The notes below the pieces were generated by a model that searched no databases, was not told the origin of the DNA, and saw nothing but the letters and a program-made list of their open reading frames with translations. A program made the translations under genes and the position numbers. Shown here piece by piece: positions 1 through 12,299 of a stretch of 64,000 bases of DNA. The first letter of the stretch is position 1. Every line of letters starts with the position of its first letter. Origin of the DNA: Octopus sinensis (Eukaryota); the NCBI RefSeq assembly GCF_006345805.1, contig NC_043007.1:41044001-41108000 (forward strand), in the 5' to 3' direction.

Positions 1-12
1 TTGTTCACTTAC

Positions 13-85
13 CAATAGTTTGAAGAATGGCGCTGCTGTGCATGCAAGCCGCATGATAGTCGTAGCAAAACCATTTCCAGCGCTT
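13..85 (-). CDS. Internal exon of SLC22/MFS organic-ion-transporter-like gene (TM11 region)
   Basis: Minus strand tatag|A AGC GCT GGA...CTA TTG|gtaagt encodes (R)SAGNGFATTIMRLACTAAPFFKLL, matching the SLC22 R-x-x-G-x-G...R...APF motif; branch-like ctaat upstream. Confidence 0.8.
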
Positions 86-492
86 CTATAGTTACAAGGT
101 ATTTACGATTAGAATCAATACTTAGAATAAATACATAAAACAATATCACGTTGAATCATATAGGTGAGATGGTTATAGGATATTAAATGTTACCTTTACA
201 GCATATTATCCTGTTAATTTATGTTCTAATGCTGTCAGTTCATTATCTTTTACTGGTTATAATCATTTTATTTTAACCTTACTGGGTCATCATCTTCCAC
301 TATACTACATGTTTTTGTGTTTCTTGTAAGACGGGGAAATAAGAGTTGTGTTCCATATCATTTAGCAGAATCATTAAGATTGGTAGAGTACAAATCGGAA
401 GAAGCCAAAAAAGCAAAAGAATACCGTAGAATGCACCTTAGCCAGTTAGCGAGTTATCTCTCCTCAAACCGGAGACGTGGTCTGAATACTCT

Positions 493-890
493 CTCTTTAC
501 TCTTTTACTTGTTTCAGTCATTTCACTGCGGCCATGCTGGAGCACCGCCTTTAATCGAACAACTCGACCCCGGGACTTATTCTTTTGTAAGCCCAGTACT
601 TATTCTATCGGTCTCTTTTGCCGAACCGCGAAGTAACGGGGACATAAACACACCAGCATCGGTTGTCAAGCAATGCTAGGGGGACAAATACAGACACACA
701 AACACACACACGCATATATATACATATATACGACGAGCTTTCTTCAGTTTCCATCTACCAAATCCACTCACAAGGCTTTGGTTGGCCCCAGGCTATAGTA
801 GAAGACACTTGCCCAAGGTGCCACGCAGTGGGACTGAACCCGGAACCATGTGGTTGGTAAACAAGCTATTTACCACGCAGCTACTCCTGC
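493..890 (-). mobile_element. tRNA-derived SINE, family A (Octopus OK/OR-like)
   Basis: Minus-strand head gcaggagtagctgcgtggtaa...ggttccgggttcagtcccac with A/B-box-like motifs; near-identical copies at 11482-11918, 24514-24679, 42325-43130, 51960-52160. Confidence 0.85.
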
Positions 891-1475
891 AATTAAATGA
901 ACTTTCTTCCAAGACACCAAGAAATTTTATGTTCGAGTGGGTGATGGATTAAGTATATAACCTAAAAACACTCGCAGACGTTTCTACAGTGTTCCACAGA
1001 GCTTCCGTTCACTATGGACATTGGTAGAAGATACATACCCAAGGTGCAGTACCGGGGAATTCAAATTAGAGAGTCATATACTTGAGAGGTAAACTACTTC
1101 AGCGCAGGACTATGCTTTTACTGGTACTGAATCACTGCTGGAAGGTTGATGGTGTCGTTGATTCGGATGGAATCTTAACTCGGAATGTCGACAAATATGA
1201 CTGTATACAATAGTTTAACAATTCATTTCATGGTTTTTGATGAGAATCTGGTTTCATCAAAGATATTCAATAACTACAAGCTAACCACATAGCTATTACA
1301 CGTTTAATTAGAAACAACCACCAAGTATTTAAGATCAGTATAGCATTTTAAATCTATATTTAAAATACTATATTGATAGAGCCAACAGCACCAGCAGCAT
1401 TTGTATGTGCGTGAGTGTGTGCATGTGTGCAGGTGCTAGTAGAGTTCTTAGTAATTTCTTCCTCTCCCCGCTCTC

Positions 1476-1510
<35 letters not shown>

Positions 1511-1672
1511 ATTTCTATCTGTTTATTTGTCTATCTATCGCTCGCTCTCCATATTGTATAAATATTATTATTAGTGTACATCACCGAACTGCTTCTGTGC
1601 ATTCAGTCATATAAAAGAAACGTAGGCTTGATATTATTTTAACAAAGGCGTTCATTATTAAAGACAACTGAC

Positions 1673-1793
1673 CATATTTCCGTAGGAAACAATTCCGAGG
1701 TGTAGATATAGTCACCACTAGCAGCAGCACTCAGTCCAGAAAGTGCCAAAATATACAATGCCAGAACAATGTAATCCAGTGTTTGGTTGTCCT
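1673..1793 (-). CDS. Internal exon of SLC22/MFS transporter-like gene (TM10, ELFPT motif)
   Basis: ttcttctag|AG GAC...GAA ATA TG|gtcagt, 121 nt, DNQTLDYIVLALYILALSGLSAAASGDYIYTSELFPTEI; Y-T-S-E-L-F-P-T is the SLC22/MFS signature. Confidence 0.85.
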
Positions 1794-2089
1794 CTAGAAG
1801 AACAGAACGTGTTACAGTTGAAATAAGTTTTCATACATTAGACAAGTGATACATAACGTGTATGTGTGTGTGTCTCTGTGTATTTATATTACTATGTCAG
1901 TGTATACGTATATACACATGCTATGTATGTGTGTACGTGTATGTATATATATATGTGTGTGTGTGTGTGTGTTGTTGTTGTATTTAGGAATGGTCATTTT
2001 GCCAGTTTAGCCTATAAAAACACACGCACTATATATGTGGTGTTAATTTGCTTCAGCGTTATTAATTTTTTATTTTTTACATTAATCTT

Positions 2090-2145
2090 AGTCTTATTTC
2101 GGCCAGAGTTCTTTCGTAACACTTCTGTGACCTCATCAGTGGTCC
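2090..2145 (-). ncRNA. Decayed hammerhead-like motif
   Basis: CTGATGA-GGTCA...TGGCC-GAAA with a 5-bp stem II; stems I and III not recoverable. Confidence 0.3.
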
Positions 2146-2199
2146 TTTGCTTTCTTCTTTCTTATTTGTGTGTCTCTCCTTACTAACGGCCAGCCATTA

Positions 2200-2395
2200 C
2201 ATCAGTAAGTAATGTATATTTCAATATCAGTTGATTTCGTGCTTTGCATGACAAACATGTTCTGAAATCTTTAGTTGAAAATAACATTTTTAACATCTAT
2301 TTCAAAAGTATTCACTAAATTAGCTCGTGTGCGTTCTTACTTAAAACGTCCCGCATGAAATCAGTTGATATTGAAATATACATTACTTACTGATG
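2200..2395. mobile_element. Tc1/mariner-type MITE
   Basis: ~40-bp TIRs (catcagtaagtaatgtatatt...) flanked by TA on both sides. Confidence 0.7.
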
Positions 2396-2399
2396 TATT

Positions 2400-2560
2400 C
2401 AACACAAAGGTAAACCTGTTTCTCATATGATCATTGAATTGCTCGTATGTATCTTTATCGTGGAGTTTTTTGGAGCATTGGCTCTGATTTTAGTAAGTGG
2501 TTTTATATACTCTGTTGATTCATAATCATCAGTCGCACAAACATAGTGTATATGTTTTGT
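2400..2560 (-). mobile_element. Degenerate Penelope-like RT fragment
   Basis: Frameshifted IMNQ-EYI...KLHDKDTYEQ, resembling the Penelope RT N-terminal V-M-x-x-x-D-Y...L-x-D-x-x-x-Y motif. Confidence 0.4.
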
Positions 2561-2751
2561 TAATTACACCAAATTTGCAGATTCCGGGTAAAGCTCCCCA
2601 AACGACGCCTCATGTTAAAGAGCACCTGATTGTCCCAGACCAGGCGAGACGACTCGCCTAGGAAGCTCCCCAAATAACTCCGAGTGCTAAAGACAGGTGT
2701 ATGAACAACAAGCAGGTGTATTAGTTTAACCCTCGGAAAGAATGGAAACGA

Positions 2752-2788
2752 CTTTTACGTTTCGAGCCTATGCCCTTCGACAGAAAAG
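2752..2788 (-). ncRNA. Minimal type I hammerhead-like motif, A6U variant
   Basis: TTTT CTGTCGA A GGGC ATAG GCTC GAAAC GTA AAAG; same family as 48890-48927. Confidence 0.55.
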
Positions 2789-4194
2789 ATTAAGAGAAAA
2801 AAGGAGAGAGAATGAAAAAAAAAAACGAAGATGGAAAAAACGTTTTTTTAAGGTTTAACGGTTCAACATGACGGAACTTTAGGTTAGAGGTTTGTTAAAA
2901 TGTGTGTGATATGTTTTAATTTCTAATAGCAAATTCACTGAAATTACCAAGGAGAAAAGATTCAGTCTTCAGATAAAAGGTATAAAAACAATTTAACTGC
3001 CCAGTGCTTCCCTATAGCGTATTCCTATACGCGTCTTTCTAACTCTTTAGCCTTCCTCAACGGGAAATTCCGGAATATAGTTCTTTTACAATTTTTACCA
3101 CTAGCGAGAATTTTTATCCAAGATAATCGCATTGAATTTGCCTTTGTAAAATAAAATATGTCACAAACATAATTCCGCCCCACGATTTCTTTTGCACCAG
3201 AGTTCCTGACCTCAGTAATAAACTCATTTGCATACAGCCAATCAAAGCAGAGTCAAATTTATCCTTTCTTCCTTTCTAGTCAGCACCGTGCATTTCTTAC
3301 TCTACTGGCAGACAGCACCTGCTTGTTTATTGAGCAAAAACACCTAAGCTCCACGAGGCTCCGGCGTGGGGTGAATCCCGCCGTACTCTTTCACCACAAC
3401 TTTCCCTCACTCTTTCTTCCTACTTCTGCCACAAAGCAGAGGAACCATGGTGTAACCCACTATGGTGTGGTAAACTGTCAGACCCTAGTCTAGATTGCGA
3501 ATCCTCTATACCCCAGGAGGGTTCAGCTCTCCACCCGTTAAAAGCCACAGTTTACGGAATGAGGATAACAACGTAGCTTTCGAGCCCGTGCAATCGCCAG
3601 TCTATTGCGTGTGGTGGGTGGATTCGTAGCCAGGTTTGAAACCGAATTACTAGCCTAACGAAATTAAAAACAACTCAAAATATATAATATTTTATAGTTC
3701 GACACTTTGCAATAATATAATCAGTGCTTTTTAAAAACACAGTTGGGGTGGGGGAATAAAAGAGCTTTGAATTTAAATATTATGTATGTGCCCCAGCCTA
3801 GCCGCACTCCAACGACTGAAACTGGTAAAAAAAGACAGATACCTGGGACGACGAATGCATAAGCCAAGCTGTGGAAATATTTAAATGGAATTCAGTTAAT
3901 ATTTTGTTAATATTTTGAAATGAAAGCTAATATCTGTGGTAATGGTGTAAAATTTTCAATTTTGTTATTAAACTTTATAAGGTTTATTTGCGATGATAAC
4001 GGTTTACATCTTTGTCTATGTGAATGATTGTGTGTGTATACATTAATTGCGTGTTTGCAAACAAGATGTTTTCCCCCCATTTCCTGCTGTTTTGCATCTG
4101 CTCCAATTCCATTATCCATTCTACCCACAATAACGAAACTGATCCTCATTACGATGATGATTTCAATTTTTTGCCACAAGGGCAGCGTGGGGGA

Positions 4195-4440
4195 GGGGAG
4201 TAAGTCGATTACATCGACCCCAGTGCGTAAACGGTACTTATTTTATCGACCTCCGGAAGTCGACTTTGGCGGAATTTGAACTCAAAACGTAGCGACGGTT
4301 GAAATACCTATTTCTTTACTACCCACAAGGGGCTACACACAGAGGGGACAAACAAGGACAGACAAACGGATTAAGTCGATTATATCGACTCCAGTGCGTG
4401 ACTGGTACTTATTTAATCGACCCTAAAAGGATGAAAAGTA
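4195..4440 (-). mobile_element. tRNA-derived SINE, family B
   Basis: Contains gtcgactttgcctttcatcctttcggggtcgat...agtaccagt core; other copies at 11925-12100, 16990-17200, 20143-20815, 22703-22912, 30590-31010, 52840-53085, 60863-60991. Confidence 0.8.
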
Positions 4441-5146
4441 AAGTCGTAGTAGTAGTAGTAGTTGATGCTTAACCCTAAGATCAGCTCTGATTAAAATCTG
4501 TGATCAAAGTCGTATCAGCAGCTGAAGGCCATCCTTTCTTTTTGAAGAATATATTTATAATCTAATGAGTTCTTCACGTTTTCTAGACAATATGGTGAGG
4601 TTTAGCACTATTTCTAGTTGATCGCGCGACCAAAGGGAAACCCCGTCGATAATTCACCATTTATGCGAACACCTGCCACTCAGAGATGTTTTAAGAAATA
4701 ATCTATTTCAAGGGAGATAACTAGCTATTACAGCAATGAAGTTTGAACTGTTCCTCTGTTTCTATATTATACTATAAATAAAGGTTTGTCGCTCGGAACG
4801 GTTAACAAAATTATTTGGTATTGGGGGAGTGTAATCGAGATAACTGTCCCTATTATATGACAAGTATGGTATCTATTTCCTTGACGCATACAAAGCGAAT
4901 GAAGACCAGCTTCGGTATGGCATCCACCTTGCTCGTTACCTCGCTCCAATTCTTCTCCGTCTGGGAGTCTGGACCAAACCAGACTCCGAGCAATTTAACA
5001 GGACCATCCGTCCAGTGTCCAACAACACTGGAAGGTATCGGCTTGTTCCTCCAGGTGTCGAGGTGCAAACCGATGGACTTGACCCTGTTAACTTTTGCCC
5101 CTGCCACCGCTTCGTATCTATGGAGAGCACCTGCTACCCGAGGTAG

Positions 5147-5860
5147 CTATGTTCCGTTGGACACGATGAGGGTGACGTCATCTGCATAGGCAGAAACAGA
5201 CTTACCGCATCCGATTTCATTAGGGTTGCCTCCCAACTTCTCCAGCTTCCGCAGCAATGGCTCAAGAGCCAAAACATACAGGAGCGGGGACAAGGGGCAC
5301 CCTTGACGAACTGAACGCTTGATCGAAAATGGCTCCGTTAGGTACATAGATGAGATCCACCCGCAGAAGCCAGGGCCCAGCCCAGCCGCTTCGAGGACCG
5401 CCGCCAAGTACCGGTGATCTGCCCTATCGAACGCTTTACTCTGGTCTAAATGGATCAATGCCCCTCCTTTGCTGTCTAATTTCCCGACCCTATCTATAGT
5501 GTAGCGGAGAAGGTGAAGATTATCCTGGATCGACCTGCTTGGGATTGCACATGTCTGTGCCTTCCCGACAAGTTTCTCCACGACAGCCGTCAACCTTTTT
5601 GCTAACACCTTGGCCAAAATCTTAAACTCTACATTAAGTAGAGTTATGGGCCTGTAATTACTAATACTGTCCCCCTTGCTCGGGTCTTTCTGGACCAGCG
5701 TCACAACTCCCCGACTCACAGAGCTGGGAATCCTCCCATTCTGTTGCCAGTTTGCATAGACGCTTGCCAGTATGTCCCCGAACAAGTCCGGCATACAACA
5801 ATAAAATTCATAGGGCAGACCATCCAATCCCGGCGACTTTTCCCCGGCGCACTCGGCCAT
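5147..5860 (-). pseudogene. Tx1 ORF2 reverse transcriptase segment
   Basis: SPGLDGLPYEFY, YRPITLLNVEFKILAK, LDQSKAFDR, RQGCPLSPLLY, YADD; frameshifted from the APE segment, with internal deletions. Confidence 0.9.
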
Positions 5861-5868
5861 AACCGCTC

Positions 5869-7161
5869 TTACCTCCGCGGGAGAGATCGATCCTTCACAG
5901 CACTCCGCCTCACTTGCCGAGGCCCACCAGCTAGGAAGTCCTTTAAGGTCTCGCCACGCTCGAGCGGACCACCGTCCCCAAACAGCCGTGCAAAATGCTG
6001 GTGAAGGACCTTCTGCATCTCCTCCTGTCCATAGATCTTGCGGTCCTGCTCGTCAGTTAAGGACATAATACAGGACTTTTTGCCCTTCTGACTCTCCTCA
6101 CGACGGGCCCGTCCGGCAACGTTAATACCTTCTCGTTTTCCTGCACGTAACTTAGCTCTGACTCTACACCCCTCGTGCTTGGCGTTGAGGTGACGGTACA
6201 ATACCGCTCTCGCTGCCAACACTCCGGATGCACAGCCAGATTCCATAGCCTCGTCTAAGTTCTTAACTAATTCGCCCTCTATTCTAGTCCTATCTAAACT
6301 TAGCTGCTTGCTAAATCTAATGGACTCCAAACGGATGGCTCTTTTGAGGGCGAGCCACCATCTATTATTAATGATGGTGCCACATAATGCCCTCTGTATT
6401 AATTCCTTAATCCGGGTACGGAAAGCTTCACAAGTCAAAATAGACTTGTTCATTTTCCAGTACCCGGGACCTTGTCTATGGCATTCATCTACCAGTACCT
6501 CACACGTCACAAGTTTGTGATCCGTGTAAGGCACAACAGAGAATTGTGGACAGCTAACACTATTCCTATCTCGTTCCTTAACAAATACTCTATCTATGTA
6601 CGATCTGCGTGAGCCGTCGTTATTACTCCACGTCCACTGTGGAACGTTCGGCTCATCCAGTCGAAAACGGTCTACTAGATTAAAGCTCGCTAGTAGAGCC
6701 TTGAGGCCAGGATTCCCCTTCCTATCGCTCGAGCCTACACCATCCACCCGCGCATCGAGAATGGTGTTGAAATCCCCTACCAAGACTACCGTTTTGGACG
6801 TCACTAGAAAGTGCTCCAGTTCCCGAAAAAAACCGGTCTGCCCACGTCCATTAGGAGCGTAGACAGCCACCAACCTGAAGGACTGCTTACTCACGTGCGT
6901 CACATCTAGGACAACCAGCCTACCTTCTGGGTCCAGAAAGACAGTACTTACCTGTAAGTCCAAGTTCTTCCTGAAAAGAACTGCCACGCCTGCACCTCCC
7001 TCCCGGCTAGGAGAAATAAATTTCTCGTAACCATTGAGAAGTGGTGAGAACGCTTGGGGTCCTTTCATCTTGGACTCAGTAACAATAACTACATCGATTC
7101 TATGTGAAATGAGGTCGTCCCGAAAACAAGCCTGTTTCCATTTCGACCCCATTCCACGCAC
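5869..7161 (-). pseudogene. Tx1 ORF2 APE endonuclease segment
   Basis: VIVTESK, VAVYAPN, LVGDFNT, YIDRVF, YTDHKLV APE motifs. Confidence 0.9.
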
Positions 7162-7676
7162 ATTTATACAACCTAACTAAATCATCGAAAAAAAAGAAAA
7201 TTATTTACTCACGGTTGCGAGAGGGAGCCTGACAGATTCCTTCTGCCTGTCTCCCCCCCCCCACTCGCCGTTGCTGCTGGGCGTTTCACTGGCGTTGCCA
7301 CCGGGCTCTGGGTTGGTGTGGCTGCCGGGCTGAGGTATAATTTCCCAGTTGTCAGCTCCTGGGTGACATCCTTAATGAAGCCGGCTTTAACGAGGTCTTG
7401 TAAGTTTTTTCCTTTCCATCCTTCTTCGCCGACCCTTGCATATCGCCACTCCGTTTCCTTCTCGGTCGTTTTGTAGCACCTGATCTGCGTACTTGCTTGC
7501 ACAAATTTTACTGCTCTCTCGTTCCTTGTGGTGTATGCTATAATTTTTTCATTGGGTTTAAACCCTTTTACAGTTGGGGGTGGGGTTTGTTAAAGTGCTG
7601 GCCTATAAATGTAGTACCGCCGGGGTGGGATTGGAGAATATTTTTAATTTGTTCGTCTGCGTTGTTTTTTTTTTTG

Positions 7677-8729
7677 TTACGGGTGGGGAGTCAGGGGTGA
7701 TGGATTTTTTCCTTTTGTTCGACACGTTCGTGAATTCCATCTCTTCTTGTATATTTGTTTTTGTTCTATTAATTTCCTCCTCCTTTCCTTTCTCATTTTG
7801 CATTTCGTTCTTGTCTTCCTCCTTTTTGGAGTTCGACCTGTTTTTTTTTCCTCCTTGCTTTTGCCAGTCGTTACTTTGTTCTCCACTTTGCTGCTTTCTG
7901 CGTTCTTCACAGCGTTTTGTGGGGGGTCGTTGCCTGTATTATTTTTCTTTGTGCAAACGGAGCGAACGTGGCCCTTTTGCCCGCACTTAAAACATCTGGG
8001 CCTGCGTCCTTCCACCGAAACTCGTATGGAGTGCCCCTCCCCCACGAAGACTCTGTCTGGTAGGCTTTCCAGCGTCGCATTTTCCGCCTGGATAATCATC
8101 TCCAGCTGCTGGCCTCTCCAGTGTTTTGCAATTTTCCTCTTCATACTCAAAATTGTCAATTTTGATTCAACATCAAAAATGACCGCTGTTGCTGCCCACA
8201 TCACGTCGTAGCCCCTTGGTATATCTTCTAAAGTCACTTTTGCTGTTCTGCATCCTAAATATAAGGGTAGCAGTATTATATTCTCGTTTTTCAACGTTTG
8301 CATCGAAATTTGCCTTGCTTCTTCCGCCGTCTCAAAATGCGCCTCCACTGTATCGCTTCTTGCACCTCGGTTGACATGACGAACTTTACTCCATATTGGT
8401 GCCATACACTTTTCGACCATTTCGTTTTTTACGTCGGTCATTCGTTTTTCTTTTATATTGTACACCTTGTAGGTGACCATTTTTTCCTTTATTGCCTGTA
8501 TAGTTTCAGGGGGCGGTACCAATCGTGTTTCTTCACCACTTTTTTGCACAAGCGGTCTGAACTTGAATAGTCTTTCCATTGACACCTCCATTTCTTCCAC
8601 TTCGCCACCTACGGCGTCTGAAAAACTGGGTTTTGCCTGTGTTTCCTTTTGTTTAACAGTTGTTATACCTTCTCCCATCTCGGGAAAGTCTTTTTTTGAA
8701 CTTAAGTCTAATTCCATATTAGACAACAC
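7677..8729 (-). CDS. Tx1 ORF1 nucleic-acid-binding protein (gag-like zinc knuckle)
   Basis: 350 aa with RCFKCGQKGHVRSVC (CX2CX4HX4C); probably continues after frameshifts to about 7209. Confidence 0.8.
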   Translation of the reverse strand: MLSNMELDLSSKKDFPEMGEGITTVKQKETQAKPSFSDAVGGEVEEMEVSMERLFKFRPLVQKSGEETRLVPPPETIQAIKEKMVTYKVYNIKEKRMTDVKNEMVEKCMAPIWSKVRHVNRGARSDTVEAHFETAEEARQISMQTLKNENIILLPLYLGCRTAKVTLEDIPRGYDVMWAATAVIFDVESKLTILSMKRKIAKHWRGQQLEMIIQAENATLESLPDRVFVGEGHSIRVSVEGRRPRCFKCGQKGHVRSVCTKKNNTGNDPPQNAVKNAESSKVENKVTTGKSKEEKKTGRTPKRRKTRTKCKMRKERRRKLIEQKQIYKKRWNSRTCRTKGKNPSPLTPHP

Positions 8730-9053
8730 AAACTTGTCACAAATGACAAGAGAATTTTTTTTTCAAAAATAACCTATACAGGTTAAGAGTTCACACAAAA
8801 AAACACACAGAAATTTTCTATTCCGAAGGGCGAAAATTACTGGGTCAAAAACATTTCAACAATTATATTACGTGTAACACAACAAAGTAGACAAACGGAA
8901 ACGAACTCACACAACGATTTGCAGCAACAGAAAAATATTTTATATACTCCGAGGAAATATTCAAAAAACACTGGTTTTTGATGAAAAGGAAGACCTGTAT
9001 GCAAATACTTAAGTGTTTTTCTAGTAACTACCGTCACTGATTTCGAAAAACTG

Positions 9054-9828
9054 TCTGCAAGCAATAATAAATCTCTGAACGAGATGTAAACAGTAACCGC
9101 TCGACAACGTAAAGTATAATAGCCATCTCAATATGGCTAACCACTAAGGGTGGGTGTTACTGTAGCTTTTAGCCCCAGGAGATCATCGTCTCCAGCTGGC
9201 TTTAGGCACACTATCTGTGCTCTTATGGTATTTGCAAAGGGAGGTCATCCCTCTCTCGTAAGCCTAAGTGATACGCACGGACCGCAGTTTCGAGGTAGTT
9301 GCCTCTTGTTCGTGCGTATCAATTAGGCTTACGAGAGAGGGATGACACAGATAGTGTGCCTAAAGCCAGCTGGAGACGATGATCTCCTGGGGCTAAAAGC
9401 TACAGTAACACCCACCCTTTGTATAATAAAGTATAATAGCCATCTCAATATGGCTAACCACAAAGGGTGGGTGTTATTGTAGCTTTTAGCCCCAGGAGAT
9501 CATCGTCTCCAGCTGGCTTTAGGCACACTATCTGTGTCATCCCTCTCTCGTAAGCCTAATTGATACGCACGGACAAGAGGCAACTACCTCGAAACTGCGG
9601 TCCGTGCGTATCACTTAGGCTTACGAGAGAGGGATGACCTCCCTTTGCAAATACCATAAGAGCACAGATAGTGTGCCTAAAGCCAGCTGGAGACGATGAT
9701 CTCCTGGGGCTAAAAGCTACAGTAACACCCACCCTTAGTGGTTAGCCATATTGAGATGGCTATTATACTTTACGTTGTCGAGCGGTTACTGTTTACATCT
9801 CGTTCAGAGATTCATTATTGCTGGCAGA
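9054..9828. repeat. Nested palindrome: 362-bp inverted arms with a 37-bp spacer, each arm itself a hairpin
   Basis: 9061-9422 is the reverse complement of 9460-9821, with about 3 mismatches by eye. Confidence 0.9.
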
Positions 9829-9930
9829 TATACGGTAAATCTATAATTACATATTTATTGGATGGCCGTTGACTCTCAAGAATTCCTCCAACATGCATAA
9901 ATACAAATGAACATACAATGATGTTCATGC

Positions 9931-9981
<51 letters not shown>

Positions 9982-11481
9982 TACACACACACTCACTCAC
10001 ACATTCACATGCATATGCAGATGCATATATTTACGTTCAAAGTGCATTCCAGAAGTTTTAAGACGTATATAAATTTGAAAGAATTATAAAGCTCTCCTCC
10101 AAAGTAGGATCTTCTAATTCTAATGCACTTTTGTGGCGCTCTCGTACTTCTGCAGGAAATATTATATACAGAGTGTATTATTGCATTGTTTTGGGAGAAA
10201 ATTGGTCTTCATTGAGACGATTATCCAAGAAAATGCTTGATTTATATCCAGAGTTATTTCACATAAATATTCTTTCACGAATTCCATTTCCTGGTTTGAA
10301 GCCTTTTGTGCTGAGGGGTGCGTGCGTGCGTGCGGTGTGTGTAGGGGGGCGTGTGTACGTGTGTGTGTGTGTTCGTACGCGTGCAATTGTGTTTGTGTTA
10401 GTAAATACTTTACAATCATCTTTTGAGGAATAGATCCACAATAAAAAAAAAGTATTAATGTAAGGGAAATAATTCGAATAGAGAATAGCTAAGTTGTGTC
10501 CCTTGATAAATTTGTTTTGATAAATGATAGATTTACTGAGGTTTTTCTATTTCCAAAAGGCAACGGCAATAATTCTTCTCTTTATCTTTGTTTTTTTTTG
10601 CTTTGTTTTTTTTGTTTTTTGTTTTTTGTTACATAAATACTATTTTATTACTTAACAACTTTTCTTCTATGAAACAAAAAGTTACCGGTCTATAACCTAA
10701 CATTCAAAAATAACTGTGGAAAAGACTTGACATTTCAACTTAGAAAATGATTGAAAACAACATGTATCAAAAAGTAAATCGATTAAAAGAAAGACAAAAT
10801 AGAAGAAAAGAAACAAAAAAGTTAGAGGTTTAAAAGATTAAATTATCGAAAATTTCTTTCACTTAAAAAAAAAATGAAAATAAAGTAGAAATGAACCACC
10901 AAACAACAACCCCAGAGTTACTTCTTCAACAAGGAACCAGAGAAATAAATAAAGTGGGGAAATAACCAGCGAAAGAGAGTGGTAAGAGTGTGTAACAGAT
11001 TGTATACCCCAGTCTGGATATTGTGTTCAGCTGAGCTTCGTAGACATAACTGCAAAGGCAATGCAAAAGGCACCCCATCTCGTGGGGTTCATTTCTTAGA
11101 CGAGCCGCTGCCTTCCCCGATTTTGCGGAAGAAATCAACAATTCGGGACCCGGGAACATCTGAGGTCTCGAAAGCTGACCGATCCGAACAGACAGCGACC
11201 GATATTTTTTTTTTTTATCGTGATAATTACACTTGAAAATAAATGTCTCTTATAAAAGTGCATTTCAAGATTTTAATTCATTTTATTGTTTGTTCAATAT
11301 TTATGGAGTTAACAGAAATAAACACTATTTACTAATAAACACTTTAAAAAGAGAAATAAGAGGAGGGCAAAGCAGAGAAAGATGATGGGGGCGATGGGCC
11401 ACATATCCCAGAACAATTGGGAGCGCTCAGCCGCGCCCTAGGCACTGAAGTGGCAGAATCGTCACCGCATCGAGGAAAATG

Positions 11482-11704
11482 CTTTACTTTTTACTTTTAC
11501 TTTTACTTGCTTCAGTCATTTGACTGCGGCCATGCTGGAGCACCGCCTTTAGTCGAGCAAATCGACCCCGGGACTTATTCTTTGTAAGCCCAGTACTTAT
11601 TCTATCGTTCTCTTTTGCCGAACCGCTAAGTGACGGGGACGTAAACACACCAGTATCGGTTGTCAAGCAATGCTAGGGGGACAAACACAGACACGCAAAC
11701 ACAT

Positions 11705-11737
<33 letters not shown>

Positions 11738-11918
11738 ATATATATATATACATATATACGACAGGCTTCTTTCAGTTTCCGCCTACCAAATCCACTCACA
11801 AGGCATTGGTCGGCCCGGGGCTATAGCAGAAGACACTTGCTCAAGATGCCACGCAGTGGAACTGAACCCGGAACCATGTGGTTGGTTAGCAAGCTACTTA
11901 CCACACAGCCACTCCTGC
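11482..11918 (-). mobile_element. SINE family A full copy
   Basis: High similarity to 493-890. Confidence 0.85.
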
Positions 11919-12299
11919 GACTTTGCGGTATTTCTTCCAACTTTACGTTCTGAATTCAAATGCCGCCAGGATCCAGTTTACCTTTCATCCTTTCGGGATC
12001 GATAAAATAAGTATCAGTTGAATATTGGGGTCGATGTAACAGATTTAACCCCCTTCCCCAAACATTCTGTTTTTGTGTCAAAATTTGAAGCCAATATTTA
12101 TGGAGTTAATATTTTTTCGGACAACGAAATTCGGACCTAAGTTGGGCAGCCCTCTATATTATTGATTAATAAAATATCTATTGTTAGTGCAAGATAATAA
12201 AAAGACTGTCAAGTTGTTAAGGAATAGCGGAGGATTTTGTTTTGGTTTGTTGTTGCAGTTGTTGTGTTAGTTCTTTGTTTTTGTTTTGTTTTGTTGCTC

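Larger units (their letters stand above)
4925..8900 (-). mobile_element. Tx1-clade (L1-like) non-LTR retrotransposon, 3'-truncated and frameshifted
   Basis: ORF1 with CCHC knuckle followed by APE endonuclease and RT; RT thumb region stops at about 4925. Confidence 0.9.

Noticed and set aside
317-860. 120-aa and 65-aa ORFs recurring elsewhere (11660, 24477, 42319)
   Set aside because: They recur because they overlap SINE family A copies
820-890. tRNA-like sequences at SINE heads
   Set aside because: No complete cloverleaf; attached to SINE bodies, so not called as tRNA genes
9054-9828. Parvoviral flip/flop ITR or CRISPR-like interpretation of the palindrome
   Set aside because: No NS1/Rep or capsid ORF nearby and no repeat-spacer periodicity
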